Assembly (NCBI GenBank): GCA_964016885.1
Contig: OZ024760.1
Location: forward strand, 20,832,001-20,896,000
DNA length: 64,000 bases
Direction: 5' to 3'
Source of the DNA: Eledone cirrhosa
Lineage: Eukaryota
Made by a program: the position numbers and the translations under genes. Below, one piece after another: positions 24,966 to 36,464 of this stretch (its first letter is position 1; every line of letters starts with the position of its first letter). Under the pieces are notes generated by a model, which worked only from the letters and a program-made list of their open reading frames with translations, was not told the origin of the DNA and ran no database searches.

Positions 24966-25628
24966 ATATATATTATATATATATATATTATATATATATT
25001 ATATATATATATATATATTATATATATATATATTATATATATATGATAATAAGGGCGCTGCGGAGTTGCAAATGGGTTATATATGAAAAAAGTTTGTCCT
25101 TCATCAGTGATCTTCCAACCATCATAGGCATTTCATCGCTTTAAAGGCCATATACCTCTGGTTGGTGCGAGCAACGGCTAAAAAAAGTCATTGGGACACG
25201 TAAATAAAGGGGACGCGAGGGTAAACAAACAAAATGGTGAAGCAGCCCCTTTCTGTTGCTTCACCATTTTGTTTGTTTACCCTCGCGTCCCCTTTATTTA
25301 CGTGTCCCAACGACTTTTTTTAGCCGTTGCTCGCACCAACCGGAGGTATATGGTCTTTAAAGCGATGAAATGCCTATGATGGTTGGAAGATCACTGATGA
25401 AGGACCACTTTATTCATATATATTATATATATATCATCATCATCATCATCATCAACGTTTAACGTCCGTGTTCCACGCTTGCATGGGTTTGGACGGGGGT
25501 AGTCCCACTTGAGGCAAGAGTGATTGTCTTGCTCGCATAGGACTGTCTGGCAGGTTTTCTACAGTTGGATGCCCTTCCTAACACCAACCACATTTATATA
25601 TATATATATTATATATATATAGTATATA

Positions 25629-25703
<75 letters not shown>

Positions 25704-25887
25704 TACATACACGTAGTGGATAAATGTATTCTTTTCAGGGTGAATGATAAAAAGGATGATGCCAGAATTGTGATGTTGACAATGTTTATTTTACAATAAC
25801 AAAATTCACTTGTTGGTACATCGAATATCGAGTAGTAAAACAACGATACCAATTATCACTACATTAATTTCTTACTAGCTTACTAAT

Positions 25888-26380
25888 GGCGGTGGATTGG
25901 CAGTAACGGTAGAGGGTCGGACGCCATGCTAGGGCGGTGGATTGGCAGTAACGGTAGAGGGTCGGACGCCATGCTAGGGCGGTGGATTGGCAGTAACGGT
26001 AGAGGGTCGGACGCCATGCTAGGGCGGTGGATTGGCAGTAACGGTAGAGGGTCGGACGCCATGCTAGGGCGGTGGATTGGCAGTATCGGTAGAGGGTCGG
26101 ACGCCATGCTAGGGCGGTGGATTGGCAGTATCGGTAGAGGGTCGGACGCCATGCTAGGGCGGTGGATTGGCAGTATCGATAGAGGGTCGTACGCCATGCT
26201 AGGGCGGTGGATTGGCAGTATCGGTAGAGGGTCGGACGCCATGCTAGGGCGGTGGATTGGCAGTATCGGTAGAGGGTCGGACGCCATGCTAGGGCGGTGG
26301 ATTGGCAGTATCGGTAGAGGGTCGGACGCCATGCTAGGGCGGTGGATTGGCAGTATCGGTAGAGGGTCGGACGCCATGCT
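25888..26380 (+). repeat. 45-bp array of the SINE-B 5' head, 11 copies, running into the SINE body
   Basis: GGGCGGTGGATTGGCAGTA[A/T]CGGTAGAGGGTCGGACGCCATGCTA. Confidence 0.95.
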
Positions 26381-26664
26381 TTCTAGCATAGTTACGTCCC
26401 TTTATAGTCTGAGTTCAAATCCTGCCGAGGTTAACTTTGCCTTTCATCCTTATGGGGTCGATAAAATAAAGTACCAGTAATGTACTGGATAATTGCTGGC
26501 CTTGTGCCGAAAGTAGAAACAATTAATTTCTTACTAGCTTCTTTAAGCTACCATAAATGCAGGTATCACAAAAACTATATAGTAAAAGTTGTGCTGTATC
26601 TTACAGTAGTACAATATGACAAGGAGACGAAAGAATAGATAAAGCGTAGAAGTAAACAATATAT

Positions 26665-27042
26665 TTGTTTCTGCTTTAGGCACAAGGTCAGCAATTACTC
26701 AGTACATTACTGGTACTTTATTTTTTATCGACCCCGTAAGGATGAAAGGCAAAGTTAACCTCGGCGGGATTTGAACTCAGATCGTAAAGGGACGTAACTA
26801 TGTTGGAAAGTATGACCGACCCTCTGCCAATTGACCGCCCTTGATAATAATAATTGTTTCTACTTTAGGCACAAGGCCAGCAATTACCCAGTACATTACT
26901 GGTACTTTATTTTTTATCGACCCCGTAAAGATGAAAGGCAAAGTTAACCTCGGCGGGATTTGAACTCAAACTGCAAAGGGACGTAACTATGCTAGAAAAC
27001 ATGGCGTCCAACCCTCTACCGATACTGCCAATTCACCCGCCC
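26665..27042 (-). mobile_element. Two tandem SINE family B copies
   Basis: Reverse-complement copies facing the + copy at 26337-26525. Confidence 0.85.
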
Positions 27043-27497
27043 TATGTGTGCGTCTATGTCTATTCTTAGTATACGTTATTCCCGTAGTGGTGGTCAAATT
27101 GGTTTTTGTGAAAAGAAATTTCACAGAGTTAGCAGAACTTTCTTCTCTCGTTTGTGTTAGCACTATGTCTGCTCCATTTCTCGAAGCTATTGTATTTATA
27201 ATAATGCTATAGCTAGAAGGATGTGTATATCGGTTGATTTATGAGCAGCTATGTGTGTTTCATCTGTCAAGAAGCTGGGGTCAAAGGTCAAGTGCAACAA
27301 TGTATTGATAGATGTGATATTGACCGTGGTCATTGGAACATTTTGGCTGTCTCATGTGTTTCAAGATGTGGGAGATTCTAAGTTTAAGTATGCCACATAA
27401 CAAAGCAAAGAGAAAGAGGGGAAAATACATGACTGGGGGAGGGAGGGAGCAAAGAGAGAAGGAAAGACAGCAATGAGAAAGAAATTTTTAAACAAAC

Positions 27498-27717
27498 CTC
27501 CACAGTTCCAACTAAACTAGTTTTTTCAATCCTGTTAAAGGAGGAATCGGCCCAATAAAGTTCTTTATTCACAGAATCCAAAAACAGACCGGTTGGGAAG
27601 AGAGGCTTTTCTGAAATGAATGTTATTTGCTCTGATCCATCCATATTGGCACGGCGGATGGTAGCAGTTGCTGTAGAGTTGACTGGGAAATACACCCAGT
27701 TAGTCCAATAAATGTGG
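27498..27717 (-). CDS. LRP1: LRP1-like exon: beta-propeller 2 (YWTN/YWAD)
   Basis: 220 nt, phase 2-0; HIYWTNW...IRRANMDGS...LYWADSSFNRIEK. Confidence 0.94.
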
Positions 27718-29287
27718 CTGAAAGATATAACAATGTTTTTTTCATTCTCATATATTGTTTCATTTTTATACATATATCGAGAATGACACTTCTTTTTACT
27801 ATTACACTCCCTTCCCTCTTTATCTTCCGCATATAAGTGACCGCGCGTGTGTGTGTGTGTGTGTGTTTATACGCGTGCTTTCATACTCGTATGTGTATTT
27901 AATACCTGTATCTGGATGCGTGTTAACTATATTATCATACAATTTCTTTTTCAACTCATATTATATACGTATTTGTGGTCACATATACACAAATATACTT
28001 GCCCTCATATATGTACTTACGCACACATTTTCACCATACACATGCATTTGTACATACACACATATGTACATTTGTGAGTGTATATACATATACACATACC
28101 CTAACTATATTTCCTTATTTTTTTATATATCTCTTGCATTACTTTTATTTATATATTTTTTGCCCGTTAAACTCTTGCATTTCTTGAGGAGACTTTTCAA
28201 ATATTTCACTATGTTTTAAATTGCCTTCTCCGACGAACGAATGAGGATGTTTTTCGTATTCGTCTTATTCGGGAAACCTCTGGTAATGAGGTAATTATAT
28301 TGTATTGTTTATTATACATTAAATTTTGCTCTGGTACTTACATAGAGTACTCTTCACTCCTATGACTTTTTCAATTTTCAACGGGAACTTCAATACTTAT
28401 ATATATATACATATATATATATATACATTATATATATACATACATAAAGATAGACGGTAGCCATGGAGTAGGCAGACCCAGAAAAACCTGGGACGAGCTG
28501 ATAAATTCCGACCTCACACACTGACACCTCTCCAAGACAATGTCACTGGACCGAGACCTTTGGCGGTACTCAGTAATAGAGAAGACCCGCCTTACCTAAA
28601 TACAAAGTAAAACCTACTACAGTCAGTAGGCATCTCTAACAAAATACACCCCCCCCACCCCACCCCCCACACCGCTCCCTTCAATGTAAAGTTGTGTTGG
28701 TGCCACACCATCCAGGCCGAAACAAATGAGATCGTGTAGGTGTCACGACAAAAAAACACACAGTCCACGCTGTAATGTGGCCGTGTAGGCAACACGGTAA
28801 AAACCTCCCAGCCCCACACTGTAAATGTGGTTGGTGTTAGGAAGGGCATCCAGCTGTAGAAAACCCGCCAGACAGTCCACGCTGTAATGTGGCCATGTAG
28901 GCAACACGGTAAAAACCTCCCAGCCCCACACTGTAAATGTGGTTGGTGTTAGGAAGGGCATCCAGCTGTAGAAAACCCGCCAGACAGTCCACGCTGTAAT
29001 GTGGCCATGTAGGCAACACGGTAAAAACCTCCCAGCCCCACACTGTAAACGTGGTTGCGAGCAATGACAACCACTCTTGCCTCAAGTGGGAAAACTCCCG
29101 TCCAAACCCATGCAAGCGTGGAACATGGACGTTAAACGACGATGATGATGATACATGTGAAGGCACATGGCTTAGATACTCTCATGGAATGACCAATTGA
29201 GGTATATTTTTCAACATAGTCCCAGGAAAGAAACTAAATGTAGTTATTAATAAGTTGAAATTATTGCCGACCCTCAGTAGGCCTTAC

Positions 29288-29459
29288 CCTTTCAGTGGAT
29301 CAACAACGATAGCTTTAGGGTGTATCGCATTATTTGTTATGACTTTCCAGCTTTCTCTGTGATCCAGATTGAGAACGTTAATGGTTTGAAGACGTTGATC
29401 TGTCCAGAACAGATTCCTTCCTAGGGGATCAATAGCCAAACCACCACAGGTTATGGTCC
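29288..29459 (-). CDS. LRP1: LRP1-like exon: beta-propeller 2 (FWTD)
   Basis: 172 nt, phase 1-2; GLAIDPLGRNLFWTD...HPKAIVVDPLKG. Confidence 0.94.
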
Positions 29460-29799
29460 CTAAAATATACATTAGAAAAAAAAAAAGCAATATATTATTG
29501 ACATTCAGAGTTCAATATAGTTAATATAGTACATACTTCAATATAAACTGGCCCCCTATTCTATGTCTGAGAAATGCTAAAAAATCCATTTATAAGCCAA
29601 GGCAGGCAATCAACAAATTATGTTTAGATGGTAGAGTTTTGAAATTTTCATGAGTGGAGAATATATTTATGATGTTTTAATATTTTGATATTTAAAATGT
29701 TTTAAGTGTCATTTAGAATATAGTTTTTGTTTCGCAACAATATATTTATATATATACATATGTATGTATTTATGTGTGTGTGTGTGTGTGTGTGTATGT

Positions 29800-30567
29800 T
29801 GTTCAACAGAAGGCATTTCAGAACAATCCCTTTTCCCTGCCTTCCTTTTCAGTGTTAGGTGTTCTCTTCGACGAGTTTCAAAGTGTTCACTACCTGACTT
29901 GATCAAACGTCTACCCTTCACAAGCCCCCTCAGCCATTTTCTCCCATTCGTCAGGTGAAATTCCAGCACAAGCCAAGGGTCCCTCCCTGACAGAGTCCCG
30001 ATACCGCATTTTTGGTTTCTGTGGTGGTCGCCTTCCTTCACACAGTTCTCTGTAGAGAAGTTGCTTTGGAATACGATTATCACACATCCAGGCCACATGT
30101 CCACACCACCTCAACCAATGCTGAAAGATCAGGGTCTCTATACTCATGCACCTGCTCCGTTCAAGAACTTCCAAATCCCTGACGAACATTTTCCATCGCA
30201 CCCCAAGTATCTTACGAAGAGATTGAGCAACATCTGGTTTGCCAGCACTGTGGTTGAGTCTGCCCGAATAAAGCTGGTTTGGTTAGACACGAACAAAGTG
30301 ATATCAGTAGACCTCATGTAGATTATGATCTGAAAAGGTGTAAGGAATGAGGCAAGGAATGTGCTAGCATGGGAGGTCTTAAAAGACACATGAGAACACA
30401 CAGCCAGAACAAAGCAGTGGAAAGTCCCAAAGGAGTCTACAGTTGCCATGTGTGTGCCAGAGGGTGCAAGTCTTTGGCTGGTTTAAAAAGCCACGTTAGT
30501 ACCTTACATTTTTTATCATTTTATCAGGCGATGGCAATGATCGAACACGAGTTTGTGGCCATCATCA
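29800..30567. mobile_element. RTE/BovB-like LINE 3' fragment with 5' inversion and C-terminal C2H2-like fingers
   Basis: Minus arm LRWCGHVAWMCDNRIPKQLLYRELCEGRRP..PKMRYRD; plus arm GLKRHMRTH...CHVCARGCKSLAGLKSHV. Confidence 0.72.
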
Positions 30568-30638
30568 TGTGTGTATGTATGTGTATGTACATATATACAC
30601 ACTGACAACCCTAAAATATTTTTTAAATGGCTACTTAC

Positions 30639-30884
30639 CATGAGTGACATTTACATAATTCTCTATTAGTGTCTCCTTATTGACATCATATCGACCAATC
30701 TGGCGCCGTGCTATGTCAGAATAATAAATATGGCCCAGCTTGGAATCATAAGCAATAGCTGCAGGTCGCAGTAATCCTTGGACTGGTTTCATCATGTCAC
30801 TTTTAAAACCTGGTTGCATCGAAGCTCCAACAATTGTTCCTTCTTCTGCATTTGTATACAACAGGAATTCTGATTCGTTTATTT
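30639..30884 (-). CDS. LRP1: LRP1-like exon: beta-propeller 2 start
   Basis: 246 nt, phase 1-1; INESEFLLYTN...RPAAIAYDSKLGHIYYSD. Confidence 0.92.
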
Positions 30885-31446
30885 CTGGAGAAAGACAATT
30901 TTAAATCACATTAATTACTACATATAATTGAATTAATTAACCTTTTAGCATTTACATTACTCTATATTTACTATTTTATTTTCACAGTAAAGGCTTTATC
31001 TCAGTGTCAGTAGAGTGTCAGATATCATGCTTTGCAGCATAGAGTTATGGCCCTTTACGTTCCGAATTCAAATTCCGCCGAGGTTAACTTTGCCTGTCGA
31101 TAAAATTAAGTACCAGTAATGTACTGGATAATTGCTGGCCTTGTGCCAAAAGTAGAAACAATTATATTAAATCTATGATTTTTATCAGTATGAGTGGCCA
31201 GTTACAGCCAGTTTGACCAGAAAGAGGTGAGAGAAATCTGGCCAGATATGGCCAGTTTAAATGCTAAATGGTTAATGACGAATTTAGTAGGATTAACTAA
31301 AACTATTATTTCATTATTAGGATGTATTTGTAACATAACTTAACAAATAATTCTTATATAAGATTATTTTCTAAGAAGTTCATATGTAAGCAAACACTCC
31401 AATAGTTCATATTTAGAAGACTTGTCAAAGATATGAGGTGACTTAC

Positions 31447-31560
31447 TTGTACATTTGGTGCTGTTAGTTATCACATAGCCAGACTGACACATACATTTTA
31501 ATTTAGCTTTCTGTTTGGTGGGTATTGCTACCATTATATGTTCACAATCAGGGATACTTA
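31447..31560 (-). CDS. LRP1: LRP1-like exon: atypical 4-Cys EGF after propeller 1
   Basis: 114 nt, phase 1-1; VSIPDCEHIMVAIPTKQKAKLKCMCQSGYVITNSTKCT. Confidence 0.85.
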
Positions 31561-31689
31561 CTGTCAAAGAGAGAACGGTGGAGGTGACACAATAACATAC
31601 ATCAATATCTTACAAGTCATCATCAATATCATCATGGACATATGATAATGATGATGTTTTAGTTTTAAAATGTTTTCTTTTGTTGAAAT

Positions 31690-32630
31690 TTACAGCTCAT
31701 ACCTATTTACGTTCAGCTGGCTTCCTAGGAGGTTTCCTGGGTGTTGTAATGATAGGGCGCCCCAAGTCCTATCATGTTATTACAGCTCACACCTATGTAG
31801 GTTTAGCTGGCCTCTTATAAGGTTGTATCTCATAGCAGGTTTCTCTGGTGTTTTAATGATAAGAACCCGTTGTATAATATTATTACAGCTCACACCTATG
31901 TAAGTTTAGCTGGCCTCTTATAAGGTTGTATCTCATAGCAGGTTTCTCTGGTGTTTTAATGATAAGAACCCCAGTTGTATAATATTATTACAGCTCACAC
32001 CTATGTAGGTTTAACTGGCCTCTTATAAGGTTGTATCTCATAGCAGGTTTCTCTGGTGTTTTAATGATAAGAACCCCAGTTGTATAATATTATTACAGCT
32101 CACACCTATGTAAGTTTAGCTGGCCTCTTATAAGGTTGTATCTCATAGCAGGTTTCTCTGGTGTTTTAATGATAAGAACCCCAGTTGTATAATATTATTA
32201 CAGCTCACACCTATGTAGGTTTAGCTGGCCTCTTATAAGGTTGTATCTCATAGCAGGTTTCTCTGGTGTTTTAATGATAAGAACCCCTGTCGTATCATAT
32301 TATTACAGCTCACACCTATGTAGGTTTAGCTGGCCCCTTACGAGGTTGTCTCTCATAGCAGCTTTCCTGGATGCTTTAATGATAGTGAGCCCCAGTTTTA
32401 TAGTGTTGTTGCAGCTTACACCTATGTAGGTCTAGCTGATCTCTAAGGTTGTATCTCATAGAAAGTTTCTTAGGTGTTTTAATGAAAGGGACCCTAGTTC
32501 TATGATAATATATATATAATGTTGTTACAGCTCGCACCTATGCAGCTTTAGCTTGCTTCCAACATGGCTATATTTCATAGGAGGTTTCTGAGGTGTTTTA
32601 ATAATAGCACCCCCTTTCCTCAGTCCTATC
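31690..32630. repeat. About 105-bp tandem array with a homogeneous centre and diverged flanks
   Basis: TATTACAGCTCACACCTATGTAGGTTTAGCTGGCCTC...; related units at about 9560-9780. Confidence 0.9.
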
Positions 32631-32873
32631 ATGAAAACCAACATGAAATGAAACATCTTGCTTAAGAAGATGTGACACCCAGTCCAGGAATCAAACCCAC
32701 AGCCAGATGATCAGGAGTCCAACACCTTAACCACTAGGCCACATGCCATCACCGTTATTTTAGTTTTAAAATAAAAACGAAAAAAGGTTCAGTTGTAACA
32801 AGCTTTTTTATCTTTTTCTTTTTTTTTTTTCAAATTTTTTAGGGTTTCTTCAGAAGTAGGAGAGTATATTTAC

Positions 32874-33060
32874 CACTTTCTAGATCTGGCTGCCTCTGTC
32901 GATGATAAACATGGATGGAGGTAGGATTAGTTAAGGATTTCTTTATTGTTACTGGTTTGGATGCGTGGTCAAATCTGTCAAACTTGTTGATCGTTCCAAA
33001 GTAATGGTATGCCAGGTAAATAGAGTTTTCCAAGAGAGAGATTCCATAAACGTGTTTCAC
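32874..33060 (-). CDS. LRP1: LRP1-like exon: end of beta-propeller 1
   Basis: 187 nt, phase 0-1; VKHVYGISLLENSIY...IHVYHRQRQP. Confidence 0.93.
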
Positions 33061-33734
33061 CTGAACATAAGAAAATACATTTAAAAAAAAAAAAAAAAAA
33101 AAGTCGTAAAAAAATAATGATTTCTAATTTAAGCACAAAGCTAGCAAATTTTGGGAAAAACATAGTTGACTAAATCAACCCCAGTATTTAGCTGGTACTT
33201 TATCGACCCTGTAAGGATGAAAGGCAAAATTGACCTCGATGGGATTTGAACTCAGAAAGTAAAAGCCCCGGAAGAAATACCACAATGGTATTTTATCTGA
33301 GTCTCTATCAATTCTGCCAATATACCACCAAGAAATATTGGGTTAAAAATGGAGAAATTACTAAAAATCGAAATCATCGTCATCTTCATTTTACGTCTGC
33401 TTTTCCCTGCATGCATTGGTTGGACAAGCCCTTCTCTACACACCATCTCACCACTCACCACATTCCTTCATCAGGCAGTAGTAGTAGTAGTAGTAGAAAT
33501 AGTAGTACAAATTTCAACAACAGCAGTGGCAGCTGTAACAGCAAGTCCTTCTCAACACACCATCTCACCACTCACCACATTCCTTCATCAAGCAGTACTA
33601 CTAGTAGTAGTAGTAGTAATAGTAGTACAAATTTCAACAACAGCAGTGCCAGCTGTAACAGCAAGTGATGCACCCCCCCCCCCCAAAAAAAAACAATGAA
33701 AGAAAAGAAAGAAGCCAAGCAAGAGGCCACCTAC

Positions 33735-33954
33735 CTGAATGCCATGAAAGACAATAGTGCGGTCATCTCCATTGTAGGTAACTCGTTCTAAACTCTCATA
33801 AAACGTATCTGACCAATAAACATGTTCATTAGCAAAATCTAGAGCCAGCCCTGCTGGATAGAATGTCTTCTTGTGGACCAAAAACTTGAGATCTTTGCCT
33901 TCTAATGTCATACGAGAGATCACGTGGGATATAGAGTCAGCATAAAACAGGTAA
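33735..33954 (-). CDS. LRP1: LRP1-like exon: beta-propeller 1 (YWSD)
   Basis: 220 nt, phase 2-0; YLFYADS...PAGLALDFANEHVYWSDTFYESLERVTYNGDDRT. Confidence 0.93.
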
Positions 33955-35260
33955 CTGTAGGAGAGAAAGAACAAGACTAGCTAGTTTAGATGTTGTATTG
34001 GGCTGTGGCTCTGCTTGAATAATATGACTTGGTCTCTGAAGACCTATCCAATCCAATCATAGCAAGGAAGAGAACTTTGCCTTCTAATCTTATACAAGGG
34101 ATCATATGGGATATAATCTAAAGTCTGTCTTAAGCCAGAAGGCTAGATAAGTCGGTGCTTATCTTGGTTTCATGGTGTGAAGCGACTGAGAGTACAAGAA
34201 TTCCCCTGGACTGGATGCCAGTCCATCACAGGGTTAACTCCCCAGCTATTGCTGGTACTCATTTTCAGCTGAGTATACTGGAGCAATGTGAAATGAAGAA
34301 CACAACATGCAACCCAGTCCAGGAATCAAACCCACAACATTATGATCGTAAGTCCAACACCCTTACTACTAGACCACACACCTCTAATACGGGATATAGA
34401 TTTAGCATAAAATAGGAAGCTGTAGAACAGAGAGATCAAGGAAATATGAAGTTTAGTTATCTTTGTATAGGTTACCAATGCATGTGTTTACATTGCATTT
34501 GCAGCTAGAGACTTTACTATCCATAGAAGTAAATTCTTCTAGACAGTTGAGAGGTGTGACTGATACTGTTTTGATTGTTTCATTTTGTGTATTCCATTTT
34601 GTCAACATGGTGACCGATACCTTTGGTTCAATGTTCAAGACTATAGAGAAGGGTTTCTGCTTGGCTTAGATCAGAGAGTAGCACTAAATCACCAGCAGAA
34701 GGCCTGGGGTACTATTGATAAGTTATCTCTAGTGTAGAAATCATCATCATCGTTTAACGTCTATCTTCCACGCTAGCATGGGTTTAGACGGGAAATCTAG
34801 ACAACATTAAAAGGAGCCTCTTTCAAGCAACTCTTACCTCTGTTCTATTGCATAGACCCTTACCTCAAAACAGGAATGATTAGATAAACGTCATTAGTAT
34901 TTTGTGCTCATAATTTTGCATTAATAATACACTGGTTGAATGACCTTCCTATCACCACTACCACTTTACAGCATGGACCGGGTGCTTTTATTTTATTTCT
35001 ACAAAGTGAAAGCCAGGACAAGGTGTTTTGTAAAAGACCAACATTCACCCATACTTGCCAGTTACACTTTCTATGCTTCCAATGTTGTCTGAAGGAACAT
35101 CAAAGGCCATAACTCACATACATATAAACTGGGCTGATCAATAGCAAAACGCGTGTCACCAATTAATAAACGTAATGAAGGCTTAACAAATCATCCTTGT
35201 ATTATTATTATTATATATATATATATATATAGTTATGTAATAAACAACATAAGATAATTA

Positions 35261-35322
35261 ATTCATTTACCAGTGGTTTCTTGAAGACATATTTATATCT
35301 GTCTTCAATCGTCAGAACGAAT
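35261..35322 (-). ncRNA. Minimal type-I hammerhead ribozyme, intact core, LRP1 sense strand
   Basis: ATTCGTT-CTGACGA-TTGAAGACA(loop)TGTCTTCAA-GAAAC-CACTG-GTA-AATGAAT; 7-bp stem I, 9-bp stem II, GUA site. Confidence 0.82.
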
Positions 35323-35476
35323 AAAATAAGATTCCATTTTATTCGTTCTGACGACTGATATAAATATCTGTCTTCAAGAAACCACTGGTAAATGAATTAA
35401 TTATCTTATGTAGCCTACATAGAGCACTCTCTTTTCCTTTACCTTTCCTACGGAAATACTTCACATACATATATAT

Positions 35477-35823
35477 ATCATCATCATCATCATCATTCCA
35501 TTTTATGTCCGCTTTTTCCCTGCTTGCAAGGGTGGGACGGGAACTGATTCTGGCTTGATTTCTACAGCTGGATGCCCTTCCTAACACCAACCTCATTTAC
35601 AGTGAGTGCTGGGTGCTTTTTTGCCGTGGCACCTCCACGACCACTTTGCAGTGGAATGATAGGGACCCCAGTCCTATCATCTCATTTCTACAGCTGAGTA
35701 AACTGGAGCAATGTGAAATAAAGTGTCTTGCTCAAGGAAACAACACATCACCCGGTCTGAGAATTGAACTCACAACCTTTCGATTGCAAGGCCAATGCTC
35801 TAACCACTAAGCCATGTGCCTCC
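35477..35823 (-). mobile_element. SINE family A copy
   Basis: Full-length copy. Confidence 0.9.
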
Positions 35824-35863
<40 letters not shown>

Positions 35864-35977
35864 TATATATATATGTATACACAAATGTACTATATATATA
35901 TATATATGATGTCTAAGAGAAATGCAAAAGTCAGTAAAGCTTTGTATTCATTTTTCCTAGCTGAGTGGACTGCAGCA

Positions 35978-36227
35978 ACAGTGAAATAAAGTGTCTTGCT
36001 CAAGGCCACAACTTACTAACCAGTCTAGGACCACTAAGCCACACATGCCTTCCCAACAGAGACAATAAAGTGTCTTGCTCAAGGCTACAACTTACTAACC
36101 AGTCTAGGACCACTAAGCCACACATGCCTTCCCAACAGTGAAATAAAGTGTCTTGCTCAAGGCCACAACTTACTAACCAGTCTAGGACCACTAAGCCACA
36201 CATGCCTTCCCAACAGAGACAATAAAG
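35978..36227. repeat. 79-bp triplication of a SINE-head derivative ending about 10 nt from an exon donor
   Basis: AATAAAGTGTCTTGCTCAAGG...CCACTAAGCCACACATGCCTTCCCAACAG x3. Confidence 0.9.
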
Positions 36228-36237
36228 ATGTACTTAC

Positions 36238-36403
36238 CCTTTCGTGGGATCTAAAATCAATGACCGAATTCTGCGTCCTTTCCCAATATGGTTTATAATC
36301 TGACAAAGTCTGCCGTTCTCTCTACACAAAAATATTGTTCCACGGTTTTTATGGGAAAAATACCAGTTTTTACCAACCCAGTCATACGCAATGTCAGAAA
36401 TTC
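36238..36403 (-). CDS. LRP1: LRP1-like exon: beta-propeller 1
   Basis: 166 nt, phase 1-2; ISDIAYDWVGKNWYFSH...LILDPTKG. Confidence 0.92.
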
Positions 36404-36464
36404 CTGAAAGAAATTAATTTCAATATATTAATATTTTTTTTTTTTTTTTACAACACTTTATATT

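Noticed and set aside
25355-25410. Permuted (type II) hammerhead GAAATGCCTA-TGAT..ATCA-CTGATGA-AGGACC
   Set aside because: Stem III does not pair and stem II needs a 9-nt insertion; not counted.
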